Shown: positions 1 through 8,724 of the stretch, in pieces
Numbering within the stretch: position 1 is the first letter of the stretch
How the letters are laid out: each line of letters begins with the position of its first letter
Source: an uncultured Bacilli bacterium
GTDB lineage: Bacteria > Bacillota_I > Bacilli_A > RF39 > UBA660
Direction: 5' to 3'
Assembly: GCA_934101445.1 (NCBI GenBank)
Contig: CAKORQ010000001.1
Coordinates: forward strand, 1-53,324
DNA: 53,324 nt
Notes under the pieces: generated by a model
The model's database searches: none
Told to the model about the DNA's origin: nothing
Seen by the model: only the letters and a program-made list of their open reading frames with translations
Position numbers and translations under genes: made by a program

Positions 1-140
1 TACAGAAATCCGTTTCTATATCTGTAATATCGGCACTTTATATCCAAAAGTTAATAGTGCGTAAAATTCAAATTTTAGCGAGCCTTTACTTTCGCTCATA
101 CAACAAAATATTCTATCATAATAACTGTTATTTTACCATC

Positions 141-172
141 AAAAAAGCACCCAAGCATTTCTGCCCGAGTGC
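141..172 (-). terminator. Rho-independent terminator after the distal serine recombinase
   Basis: Minus-strand hairpin GCACUCGGGCA-GAAA-UGCUUGGGUGC (11 bp including 3 G-U pairs), followed by a U6 run. It lies about 15 nt downstream of the stop at 188. Confidence 0.55.
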
Positions 173-187
173 CATCAAATCCCATTT

Positions 188-1762
188 CTATACTCTCACT
201 TCAAATCCGTTCTTAAAGATGAACCGTATATCATCCTTTGCATTTACAACTACTTCCTGCACAAGACTGCTCCAAAGTCCTTCATCGAACTCTTCTACCA
301 AAGCCCCCTGCTTTTCCAAGGTCTGGATGAAACCCTTAAGCAATTCTCGTTTTTCCCTTTTTCCGTTAATCTCTCCTTTTATCTTATCACGCTTTTCTTT
401 GATGGAGTCATACCGTTTTACAAGTTCTGTATACTTTCTTCCATACTCATTCTGATCAAGGTTCTTCCGGCTATTCTCTTCAATTGCTGCTTGCATCTGT
501 TTTGCCAAGATATTCATTTCTACAATGCAGTCCCCAAAATCCTTATCAAGCAAATCTGTGTTGCTGACCATGTCCATCATATTTTTTGTATTTTCAATGA
601 TTTCTTCTTTATCTGCAAATAAGGCATTGGCTGCCTGGATAAACAGTTCTTTAATTTCATCTTCCGTAAGATGTGGTGTTTTACATTTACACCCATTTGC
701 ATATTTATGGTTGCATTGGTAGATTACCCGTCTGTACTTATCATTGGAATGCCAGACCTTTGCCCCGTACCAAGAACCGCACTCTCCACATTTTATTTTA
801 GAAGAAAAAGGTGTAGTTCCGCTATATCGCCCCATCGCCTGACGTCTGTTAAGTTCTGCCTGTACCTGCTCGAACTGGTCTGCTGTAACAATACCTTCAT
901 GGTGACCTTCCACATAATACTGTGGTACTTCACCGTTATTTGTCACTCTTTTATGGGTAAGGAAATCCTTTGTGAAACACTTCTGCAGAAGTGCATCCCC
1001 TTTGTACTTCTCATTTTTCAGGATGCTCTGTACTGAACTAATATGCCACTTATCTTTTCCGGCAGGAGTCTTTACCCCCATCTCCGTCAGTTCCTTGGCA
1101 ATCTGATATGAAGAACCTCCCTCTAGGAACCGCTTATAAATATACCTTACTGTAACTGCCTGTTCTTCATTGATGATAAATTCTCCGTTGGGTCCCCGGT
1201 CATATCCAAGGAATGTTTTAAATCCGACACTCGCTTTTCCATCGGCAAAAGATTTTCTTTTACCCCATGTAGTATTTTCTGAAATAGACCTAGATTCCTC
1301 CTGTGCAAGTGAACTCATAATGGTAATCAGCAGTTCCCCTTTCGCATCCAGTGTCCAGATATTCTCCTTTTCAAAATAAATCTCTATCCCATTTTCTTTA
1401 AGTTTTCGCACTGTTGTAAGGGAATCAACCGTGTTTCTGGCAAATCGGCTGACCGATTTTGTGATAATAAGGTCTATCTTTCCATCAAGAGCATCCTCTA
1501 TCATCTGATTAAATCCTTTACGATGACTGGTATTGGTTGCTGTAATGCCTTCGTCCGTGTAAATCCCGGCAAACTCCCATTTTGCGTTGCCCTTAATATA
1601 CTTTGTATAATAATCGACCTGTGCATCATAACTGGTTGCCTGTTCTTCCGAATCAGTCGAAACTCTGGCATATCCGGCTACTCTTCGTTTTCTTACACTT
1701 TGTAAGGGTATCGAATCAAAGCGGTTTCTCGTAGCTGGAATTGTGGTCACTCTTTTTGCCAT
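188..1762 (-). CDS. Large serine recombinase (resolvase N-domain + recombinase domain + Zn-ribbon/coiled-coil C-terminus)
   Basis: N-terminal RVAGYARVSTDSEEQ catalytic-Ser motif; SVSRFARN motif; Cys cluster KCGECGSWY...CNHK...C; 524 aa. It overlaps the upstream recombinase gene by 16 nt. Confidence 0.92.
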   Translation of the reverse strand: MAKRVTTIPATRNRFDSIPLQSVRKRRVAGYARVSTDSEEQATSYDAQVDYYTKYIKGNAKWEFAGIYTDEGITATNTSHRKGFNQMIEDALDGKIDLIITKSVSRFARNTVDSLTTVRKLKENGIEIYFEKENIWTLDAKGELLITIMSSLAQEESRSISENTTWGKRKSFADGKASVGFKTFLGYDRGPNGEFIINEEQAVTVRYIYKRFLEGGSSYQIAKELTEMGVKTPAGKDKWHISSVQSILKNEKYKGDALLQKCFTKDFLTHKRVTNNGEVPQYYVEGHHEGIVTADQFEQVQAELNRRQAMGRYSGTTPFSSKIKCGECGSWYGAKVWHSNDKYRRVIYQCNHKYANGCKCKTPHLTEDEIKELFIQAANALFADKEEIIENTKNMMDMVSNTDLLDKDFGDCIVEMNILAKQMQAAIEENSRKNLDQNEYGRKYTELVKRYDSIKEKRDKIKGEINGKREKRELLKGFIQTLEKQGALVEEFDEGLWSSLVQEVVVNAKDDIRFIFKNGFEVRV

Positions 1763-3258
1763 CCAATCACCTTTCCTTCCTTATAATAAAAATCAATTCT
1801 GTCTTCGTAATTGATAGCCTTTTCTATATTCTGTGCAAACAATCCATCACATTGTTTTTCATGGAAAAGCATCTGTACTGCCCTTCTGAATGTACTGTCA
1901 AATTCTCTTGGTGCAGGACAGTTTCTACACACCCATACTTTATACTTCTTTTTATGTCCGGATGTTCCCATTCTCCAATTGTCAGCTTCAAGCATCCCAC
2001 CACAGCATCCACAAAACAGCCGGGAAGAAAATCCACAATAGCCTTTCTGATATTCACGCAAGATTCTCTTTTCTGTTCCATTCTTCAATCTGAATGTGAT
2101 ATAAGCATTGTCAATGGTAATAACTGTGACCCGGCTCTTGACAGTATCTGCACAAAATCCAGCAAGGCAGAATGCCTTGACGGCTGCATCCTCCAGTTCT
2201 GTTTCATAAATATCCCGAAAATCGCACTCTGCTTTTCCTTTTCTTTCCTTTGTATTACATACCCATTTTTTCCCGTACTTGGATGTTCGTCTGCTTATAG
2301 CACATCCACAATTTGCACACTTGACAATCCCAGAAAAGGCAGTCAGCTCCGGTTTTCTGTTGGGCATCAACTCGGCTCTTTCCTTCATGATCTGCTGTGC
2401 CTTTGCAAATTCTTCCTTGGACACCAAAGGTTCAAACATTTCTTCCACGGCATACATTGGAAGTTCTCCCTGATTTCGTTTTCGTTTATGGCCTTCTGTA
2501 AAAAAATTTTTCTGTAAAATCATGGTACCTGTGTAAGAAATGCTTGAGAGAATATTTTTAATAGTAGAATCGTCCATTGGTACACCGCTTTGTCCCTTTA
2601 CTCCCTTGTCAGCCAGAATCTTGGCTATGCTGTAAGCGGATTCTCCAGAAAGATATCGTTTGTAGATTTCCCTTACAGCCTCTCCTTGTTCTGGAATGAT
2701 GCTAAAATCTTCCCCATTCCACTCATAGCCGTAAGGTGCCTTGTGGCCATTTGGAATACCCATTTTAAATCGTTTTCTGATTCCCCACTTGACATTTTCT
2801 GAAATGCTCTGACTTTCTGCCTGTGCAAATGCTGCCAGAAGAGTAAGCAGTACTTCTCCCTCTTGGGAAAGGGAATGTATACTTTCTCTTTCAAAGAAAA
2901 CATCAATTTCCATATCCTTCAGATGCCTTGTGGCCTTTAAAGTATCTACCGTATCCCTTGCAAATCTGCTGACCGACTTTACAAGTATAAGGTCTATTTT
3001 CCCTAAATCACAGTCACGCATCAGACGATTAAATTCATCTCTGTTCTTTGTGGCAGTTCCTGTGATACCTTCATCAGCATAAACGCCTACATATTCCCAT
3101 TCTGGATTGCTCTGTATTAAAACACTGTAATGACTAATTTGGGCAGAAAGGGAATGATGTAGCTGTTCTGTTTCCATTGATACTCTGGCATAAGCAGCTA
3201 CCCTTTTTTTCGTATGCTGTCTTGAAATAACATGTTCAATTCTGCGTACCGTTGCCAT
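1747..3258 (-). CDS. Large serine recombinase (second, tandem copy)
   Basis: RVAAYARVSMETEQ and SVSRFARD motifs; Cys-rich region KCANCGCA...C; 503 aa. Confidence 0.92.
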   Translation of the reverse strand: MATVRRIEHVISRQHTKKRVAAYARVSMETEQLHHSLSAQISHYSVLIQSNPEWEYVGVYADEGITGTATKNRDEFNRLMRDCDLGKIDLILVKSVSRFARDTVDTLKATRHLKDMEIDVFFERESIHSLSQEGEVLLTLLAAFAQAESQSISENVKWGIRKRFKMGIPNGHKAPYGYEWNGEDFSIIPEQGEAVREIYKRYLSGESAYSIAKILADKGVKGQSGVPMDDSTIKNILSSISYTGTMILQKNFFTEGHKRKRNQGELPMYAVEEMFEPLVSKEEFAKAQQIMKERAELMPNRKPELTAFSGIVKCANCGCAISRRTSKYGKKWVCNTKERKGKAECDFRDIYETELEDAAVKAFCLAGFCADTVKSRVTVITIDNAYITFRLKNGTEKRILREYQKGYCGFSSRLFCGCCGGMLEADNWRMGTSGHKKKYKVWVCRNCPAPREFDSTFRRAVQMLFHEKQCDGLFAQNIEKAINYEDRIDFYYKEGKVIGWQKE

Positions 3259-3272
3259 AAAAAACCTCCTTG

Positions 3273-3479
3273 TCAGTGTGCTATATTCCCGTAACTTCCG
3301 AACTTTATCAAGCGGATATCGGTAAATAATGTAGACAAAGATATGGCGTATTTCTGCCGGAACATTGTATCAATTTGCTCGTACTCATCATCTGAAATAA
3401 TGCCCTTTTTCAGAAGTTGTTTTACCACAAGCATGGTACTCTGATACATTACTTCATTTTGCATCTGCTCATTCGTCAT
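3273..3479 (-). CDS. Small helical protein with SHOCT-like motif (LLKKGIISDDEYEQ), function unknown
   Basis: The internal ATG (MTNEQMQ...) overlaps the stop of the upstream gene (..CATGACGAATGA..). The longer ORF-track start at 3590 would overlap the upstream CDS by over 100 nt. Confidence 0.5.
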   Translation of the reverse strand: MTNEQMQNEVMYQSTMLVVKQLLKKGIISDDEYEQIDTMFRQKYAISLSTLFTDIRLIKFGSYGNIAH

Positions 3480-3888
3480 GGCTGTCACCCCCAAAACGAT
3501 CTTTGATATAGCATTCATGGGAACAATATTTCCTGTTCTTATTTCCATAAACCCTAAAAGGCTTCTTACAGCACGGACACACAAAATCATATGATGCTTT
3601 CCGATTCACTTGATTCAGATGAGAATTCCACCATTTATTCCGACACTTGTCAGAACAGAACTTCTTCTCTTTTCTCCCTGGTGGCTGAATAACCGGAATG
3701 CCACAGCACAAACAAAAATGACTATTCTCTCTGGTTTCAGATTGTCTTTCTGCAATGCCTCCCAATCCGTTTCTTTTACAGAATGTCTTAACTGTATTTG
3801 TGCTTATCCCTAAAACCAGTGATATTTTTCCATAGCTGTATCCTTTTGCTCGCAGTTCCGCTACCTGTGTTCGCTGCATATCATTCAT
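3469..3888 (-). CDS. Sigma-70 region-4/LuxR-like HTH protein with C-terminal Cys-rich zinc-ribbon region
   Basis: RAKGYSYGKISLVLGISTNTVKTFCKR HTH; CLCCG...CSDKC...CPCC...CSHEC Cys motifs. GGAGG lies 8 nt upstream of the ATG at 3888. The ORF-track M1 is a GTG inside that RBS. Confidence 0.65.
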   Translation of the reverse strand: MNDMQRTQVAELRAKGYSYGKISLVLGISTNTVKTFCKRNGLGGIAERQSETRENSHFCLCCGIPVIQPPGRKEKKFCSDKCRNKWWNSHLNQVNRKASYDFVCPCCKKPFRVYGNKNRKYCSHECYIKDRFGGDSHDE

Positions 3889-4071
3889 GTGAAACACCTC
3901 CGATAATGGAAAGGAATAACCGTTATACTGTCTTCTCTTCTATCTGGGTAAGTACCGAAAACAAGTATTTTCCTATTTTCACATCATTTTGTTTTCCCTT
4001 CACAATCCGATGGACACAGAACAGAAAAATGGGCGGTAGTTTACTCAAGGGCTATATACTCATAAGATTTT

Positions 4072-4117
4072 GGCCAAAAAAATAAAGCCTATGAGGTATC
4101 AATTTCCCCATAGGCTT
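4072..4117 (-). terminator. Rho-independent terminator after the endolysin gene
   Basis: Minus-strand 12-bp stem AAGCCUAUGGGG / CCUCAUAGGCUU (one G-U pair) with a 9-nt loop, followed by UAUUUUUUU. Confidence 0.6.
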
Positions 4118-4128
4118 AGTGCAACATA

Positions 4129-5436
4129 TTAAATTCTCACAGCATAATCAAGAGATATCCAGCCAAGACCACTTTTCAACTTTCCCCATCCGTTTCTGGC
4201 TCCCTGTCCAGATTGTATCTCCACAATCGTAAATACCCCAGCCCCCGTATGTTTTCCTGTCTTAGGATAGTTAGTCCCTGCTCCGGTACGGATATTTAAG
4301 TCTGGTATTTCCACTTTCACCTTAAATGGAACAGAATTTCCTGTTGAATTCCCTGCATATTTTTCATAAAACATCTGACCATACTCCGTTCTTTTCTTCC
4401 GTACAGCTGTGCCTTGATCTGCAGGTTTTTCAAATCCGGTAAGGACTGCTATCGCTGCCTCTTCTACAGAAGCTGCCTTGCAGAGAGTCTGATATACCGC
4501 TTTGTATCCTTTCAACTCCATAATCAAAAACTCCAGCTGCATCTCCAGGTCACCGATGGATGTTCCTTTCTGCCTTGCATAATTTAACAGTTTCTGCTTT
4601 CTTGTATGGTAAGTCCACTGAGCCAGACCGTACCCTGCCTTATCCGTAATGAAATCAGGATAGCTGTTGCTATCCACAAGTGTGGTGTATTCTTCATCAG
4701 AAAGGTTCCGTTTCTTATTAAAACTGTTCTGCAGATTCGCAGCTTTTAAACCGCTTTCTGCATAAAGGTTACCCATCAGTCCAGCTGTGCCATACGCATT
4801 ACCGATCTTGGAAAACACGAAGTCCCAGATATCCTTTTCCGATAAATCCTGCATATTTTCTGTTGTATTTTCTTTCATCTTTATCCGCACAGTTTCCCTG
4901 AAAGTATTCATGGTGTAGGGAAGCCCCAGCTGGCTCCATAAATGCTCCGGGTCTGCATGACCGGACGCCACGCCTCTTTTATACCCCTCGCTGTGGCTGA
5001 TGATCACACCATCCGCCATTGGGTTCAGATCATACATCACGCATAACATGGCAAATAATTCTGCTGCTGATTCATAAGTCCGTCTTGCAACAGTCCTTGC
5101 CGCATTCACATCAGGGCACTCAAATGCTGCTCCGCCAGTATAATGAATGCATCCGGGTTCACACATTTCCACCCCGATGTGGGTATTATTTGCGCTCCCC
5201 CCGGCATGCCATCCCCTGTGATTCCACGGAAGTGTCTGGTACACCGTTCCATCATTACCATCGATAAAGGCATGGACACAGGAATTCTTATGTGCCGGAC
5301 TGTTCCATGAATTAAGAAAGACTGATGCCTTCGGCTGGGGACATCCAACCGAATGTAACATCAGTCCTTTTACGGTGATCTTTCTATTTGCCGTATAACA
5401 CGGATTCTTATTCAGAATAGCCTGTACTATCTTCAC
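4129..5436 (-). CDS. Modular endolysin: N-acetylmuramoyl-L-alanine amidase (Amidase_2/PGRP) + lysozyme-like (phage tail lysozyme type) + C-terminal SH3-like wall-binding domain
   Basis: HSVGCPQP...HAFID...WHAGG...NTHIGVEMCEP amidase motifs. GLMGNLYAESG...YGLAQWT lysozyme-like block. C-terminal NIRTGAGTNYPKTG...GWGKLKSGLGWISLDY SH3-like block. Confidence 0.9.
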   Translation of the reverse strand: MKIVQAILNKNPCYTANRKITVKGLMLHSVGCPQPKASVFLNSWNSPAHKNSCVHAFIDGNDGTVYQTLPWNHRGWHAGGSANNTHIGVEMCEPGCIHYTGGAAFECPDVNAARTVARRTYESAAELFAMLCVMYDLNPMADGVIISHSEGYKRGVASGHADPEHLWSQLGLPYTMNTFRETVRIKMKENTTENMQDLSEKDIWDFVFSKIGNAYGTAGLMGNLYAESGLKAANLQNSFNKKRNLSDEEYTTLVDSNSYPDFITDKAGYGLAQWTYHTRKQKLLNYARQKGTSIGDLEMQLEFLIMELKGYKAVYQTLCKAASVEEAAIAVLTGFEKPADQGTAVRKKRTEYGQMFYEKYAGNSTGNSVPFKVKVEIPDLNIRTGAGTNYPKTGKHTGAGVFTIVEIQSGQGARNGWGKLKSGLGWISLDYAVRI

Positions 5437-5750
5437 TTTTGCCCCTCCTGTTTCATGGCATACACAGCGGATTCGATCAGGTTCTCCAGCTGGGCATCCG
5501 TAATCTCAACACCATACTGTCTGGTTATTCTGAGAAGGAATTCCTTTACAACACTCTTCTTAAGCGTCCCCAGACCGGATTCCGTATGGGTCTGCTCTGC
5601 TGCCTTTACGGCATAGACCGCCCAGTCATAAAGCCATTCCAGATTGCTGTTCTTTACTCTGCTCTTCAGCAGCGGAATGGCATACCGTACAAGTGCCATA
5701 ATGGAAACCACTACAACAAATCTCAAAACTTCATAAATCAAATCATTCAT
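5433..5750 (-). CDS. Holin (LL-H-type: one N-terminal TM segment + charged helical tail)
   Basis: N-terminal hydrophobic segment VLRFVVVVSIMALVRYAIPLL, then WAVYAVKAAEQ. It sits immediately upstream of the endolysin and overlaps it. Confidence 0.65.
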   Translation of the reverse strand: MNDLIYEVLRFVVVVSIMALVRYAIPLLKSRVKNSNLEWLYDWAVYAVKAAEQTHTESGLGTLKKSVVKEFLLRITRQYGVEITDAQLENLIESAVYAMKQEGQK

Positions 5751-6010
5751 CCTGCTCCCTCGCTTTCATCATTAACATTTCTATACTTTCTGGCATTCTC
5801 ATTCTTGGCTTTCCAGATTACAAAGCCCGTATGCACCGCAAGTTCCCCATAGGCACTGGGTACAATCACAGAGACTGCCGAAGTATCAATACACAGTTTC
5901 CCGGACAGAAAAACAGCGATGAATGAAAGAATCACCACCGCTGTTACAAAAATCACATTATAAAGATAGAGTTTATCCGTGAACCCTCTCTTCTTTTTCC
6001 TGCCTGCCAT
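5747..6010 (-). CDS. Small two-TM membrane protein (holin/antiholin candidate)
   Basis: Basic N-terminus (GRKKKRG), two hydrophobic segments, charged C-terminus. Overlaps the holin gene. Confidence 0.5.
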   Translation of the reverse strand: MAGRKKKRGFTDKLYLYNVIFVTAVVILSFIAVFLSGKLCIDTSAVSVIVPSAYGELAVHTGFVIWKAKNENARKYRNVNDESEGAG

Positions 6011-6458
6011 CTGCTCCCTCCTTTAAAAATGTGTTGTCCCGGAGGTTCTTTGCATAAAGCCTCCGGATTTCTTTTATTGTTGCCTTTGCCACGCCATTCG
6101 GGGTATTGGTACTCTCCATATGTTCTTCATACTGGTCGCATTCGGAAAGTACAAAATCAAACTGCTCCTTCGTATGCGGAGTCCCCCTCATACACTCATT
6201 TCCAAAGACAAGGATGTCTGCCCTGGTCTTTCTGATCCGCTCACTGGCAGAGTCCCTGATATGCTCATCCAGCTTTCCCTCAATCACATCAACCCTTTTT
6301 ACAATATCCGCATTCATATGGTTACCAAGCCATGTGAGGATTTTATCCCAGGGATTCAGCTTTATGGGGGTTACCTGGATAACGGTCAGCAGCAGAATAA
6401 AAAGGAATACCCCGAAGGATACTCCCGTTTTCAAATCAAGTAACTGCATTACGCTCAT
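5973..6458 (-). CDS. Membrane-anchored protein of unknown function in the lysis cassette
   Basis: AGGAGGG RBS 9 nt upstream of the ATG at 6458 (MSVMQLL...). One N-terminal TM segment (VSFGVFLFILLLTVIQV), then a soluble helical domain. Confidence 0.5.
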   Translation of the reverse strand: MSVMQLLDLKTGVSFGVFLFILLLTVIQVTPIKLNPWDKILTWLGNHMNADIVKRVDVIEGKLDEHIRDSASERIRKTRADILVFGNECMRGTPHTKEQFDFVLSECDQYEEHMESTNTPNGVAKATIKEIRRLYAKNLRDNTFLKEGADGRQEKEERVHG

Positions 6459-6472
6459 ATGAATTTTCCCTC

Positions 6473-8719
6473 CTATTCTTCCACGGCACACGGCTCAACA
6501 TATCTGATGTAGGTATAACCTGCACCATCATTTTTATTTGCCTCATTCAGTGTCTTATACTTCTTTCCGTTATGGGTAAATGTAGGCATATTCCCCACAT
6601 AGGAAGAACCCCCGGCACCGGAGTTTCCATACACACCATAGTTGCCTGCAAACCACCCTGCCCCGCCCGGTGAATAGGTATAGCTCGTATTGGAACTGGA
6701 AGGACCAAATGATGCGCCAAAATTTGTATAATCCGATGTCCCTACTGCTGTCTGTCTTCCGCCCAGGTTGCCTCCGGAGCCATCCTGTCCTCTTTCACCG
6801 CCTCCGGAGCCTCCTTCATTTATAGACAAAGCTTTGTACGGCTGTCCCATAGCTGTTCCATCCGTTGTTAATCCAGTTATACCTCCACCGCCTCCGCCAC
6901 CTGCAATCAAAAGAATTTTATTCCTCTGCTTATAGGTATTGGAAGCATTATTACCGCCAGACAAGGTAATATTTTCCGTTGCAATATAGGTTGCTCCGCC
7001 ACTTCCTGCTCCATAATTTCTCGAAGTTCCACTCCCAAAGTTATTTCCATAGGCTCCGCCATTCTGTCCGGATGAAGTTCCATTTGCTTTGCCACCGTTA
7101 TAGACATACAGATAGGTGTCTTTCTTACATTTTCTGTATGCCTTAACATGACCGCCTTTCCCGCCTTTGGCCGTTACGCTTTTGGAGGTACCATCAATCG
7201 TGATGTTTCCGGCAGCGTCACCACCTGCCCCGCCCCAGCATTCAAACTCATAGATACCGTCTGCCGGAACATGAAATGCCTGATAAGTGACATTTGCATT
7301 CAGAAAATCATACACCGTATCAATAAACACAGGTACAAGTTCCTCATCCTTCGTAAACTTATACTTTTCACCCGGAACATAGATTGTATCAGAGGAAAGG
7401 CTCGTCTTCCATCCACAGAAGGACTTATCCTCACCATATTCATATACATTATCCGGCATGGTCACATCATCAGATAAGGTCTTCCCGTTGTTATAATATA
7501 GGTCTGCCTTCTGGGTCGTTTCCTTCTTCCCGTCAATCAGGGCTGCATCTCCGGAATCCATTGAAATGGTGATCTGCTTTTTGAATACGGCATACAGTTT
7601 TACGGCTGACTCGCTGTTTATCACATAATCTGCAAGCACACCGCCGTCTGCATTTGCATCCGACTTCCATCCCACAAAAGTATATCCTGCCTTTGATACG
7701 GAAGGTGCTGATGCAACCGCGTCATTAGAAAGGGCAGCTGTCTGGGTAATGGCGTTATCCGTATCAATCTGATAAGTGACCTGGATTCCGGTTGCATAAA
7801 TCACATGCTGACCAAGATAGATAAATTTAATCTCCTGTGTATCTGCATTATCATAGCAGTAATACATGGTATTCTTATCATAAGTGCCTAACTTCTGGTA
7901 ATCGGTAACACTCATGATCTTCTGGACAAGATTACCCGTGGAGGAAAGCTGCTTTGTGACTTCATCAGCCACATTTTTTATCTTTTTATTGGTTTCCGTC
8001 ATATCCGTATCATGTTTCTTCTCAAGCTCTGTTAAATCTGTCTGCGCCTGTGTCAGTTCCAGAATGGTATTTCTTGCAGCAAACACAGCTGTTCCGTCCA
8101 GAACCGAATCTCCCACCTTTGTGATCTGACCGTATCCCTTTGGTTCAAGCACATCCGTTGTCCCGGCCTGTGTACAGTAAAGGGTACACCATCCCGGAGC
8201 AGAGGCTGATGAAGTTGTATCGCCTACGGCATACTTCTTTTCCCGTTCCAGTCCGGCTGCCCCGCCGCCCCCGCTGCCTCCCGGCGTGATAGTCTTAAAG
8301 GTATTCACAAGATCACTTATCTGGACTGCCGTGACCTTAAACTTTGCCAGTTCCAGGTCATAAGCCGTGTTGTTATAATTTACATTCACATCGGAGGCAA
8401 GATTCGACAGTTCCTTTGCCGTTTCCGTAAGAATCTGAATCGGCTCATCAGCATTGGATAAGTCCATGTGAAGATATATCCTGCCGAGTTTTGTTTCCCC
8501 CGTATCTGCCAGCTGGACAGCCACCTCTGTTTCATACAGTTCAAAGAACCGGCCTTTAATCATGCCGAACCCCTGACTGATATGAAGCACATTGCTTCTT
8601 GCAAAGGAAACCTCACAGCCTTTGAACACCCCTGCTCCCGGCAGAACCGTCTGATATATGATTGCATCATCCTGCGGTGTCACATTCCCGCCCTTGAAAG
8701 TCTTTAGTGCGATTGCCAT
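6473..8719 (-). CDS. Tail fibre / receptor-binding protein with two Listeria-Bacteroides-type repeats and a C-terminal glycine-rich domain
   Basis: 748 aa located after the Dit and Gp37-like genes. GYTFVGWKSD...LYAVF and SFCGWKTS repeats. The C-terminal ~270 aa are full of GGxGG / GGGGGGG / GAGGSSY runs. Confidence 0.8.
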   Translation of the reverse strand: MAIALKTFKGGNVTPQDDAIIYQTVLPGAGVFKGCEVSFARSNVLHISQGFGMIKGRFFELYETEVAVQLADTGETKLGRIYLHMDLSNADEPIQILTETAKELSNLASDVNVNYNNTAYDLELAKFKVTAVQISDLVNTFKTITPGGSGGGGAAGLEREKKYAVGDTTSSASAPGWCTLYCTQAGTTDVLEPKGYGQITKVGDSVLDGTAVFAARNTILELTQAQTDLTELEKKHDTDMTETNKKIKNVADEVTKQLSSTGNLVQKIMSVTDYQKLGTYDKNTMYYCYDNADTQEIKFIYLGQHVIYATGIQVTYQIDTDNAITQTAALSNDAVASAPSVSKAGYTFVGWKSDANADGGVLADYVINSESAVKLYAVFKKQITISMDSGDAALIDGKKETTQKADLYYNNGKTLSDDVTMPDNVYEYGEDKSFCGWKTSLSSDTIYVPGEKYKFTKDEELVPVFIDTVYDFLNANVTYQAFHVPADGIYEFECWGGAGGDAAGNITIDGTSKSVTAKGGKGGHVKAYRKCKKDTYLYVYNGGKANGTSSGQNGGAYGNNFGSGTSRNYGAGSGGATYIATENITLSGGNNASNTYKQRNKILLIAGGGGGGGITGLTTDGTAMGQPYKALSINEGGSGGGERGQDGSGGNLGGRQTAVGTSDYTNFGASFGPSSSNTSYTYSPGGAGWFAGNYGVYGNSGAGGSSYVGNMPTFTHNGKKYKTLNEANKNDGAGYTYIRYVEPCAVEE

Positions 8720-8724
8720 TTTCC

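Noticed and set aside
1-187. Searched for the 3' part of comM (PCPCG... continuation) left of the recombinases
   Set aside because: None of the three minus-strand frames encodes ComM-like sequence. The region is AT-rich, non-coding and holds a terminator, so the left junction must be outside the window.
57-2517. Plus-strand ORFs (132, 121, 258 aa and others) overlapping the two serine recombinase genes
   Set aside because: They are antisense shadows of strongly supported recombinase CDSs. Their Cys/Phe/Ser-rich translations have no motifs.
6473-8719. Diversity-generating retroelement targeting the tail fibre
   Set aside because: The window has no reverse transcriptase gene, and no template/variable repeat pair matching the fibre 3' end was seen.
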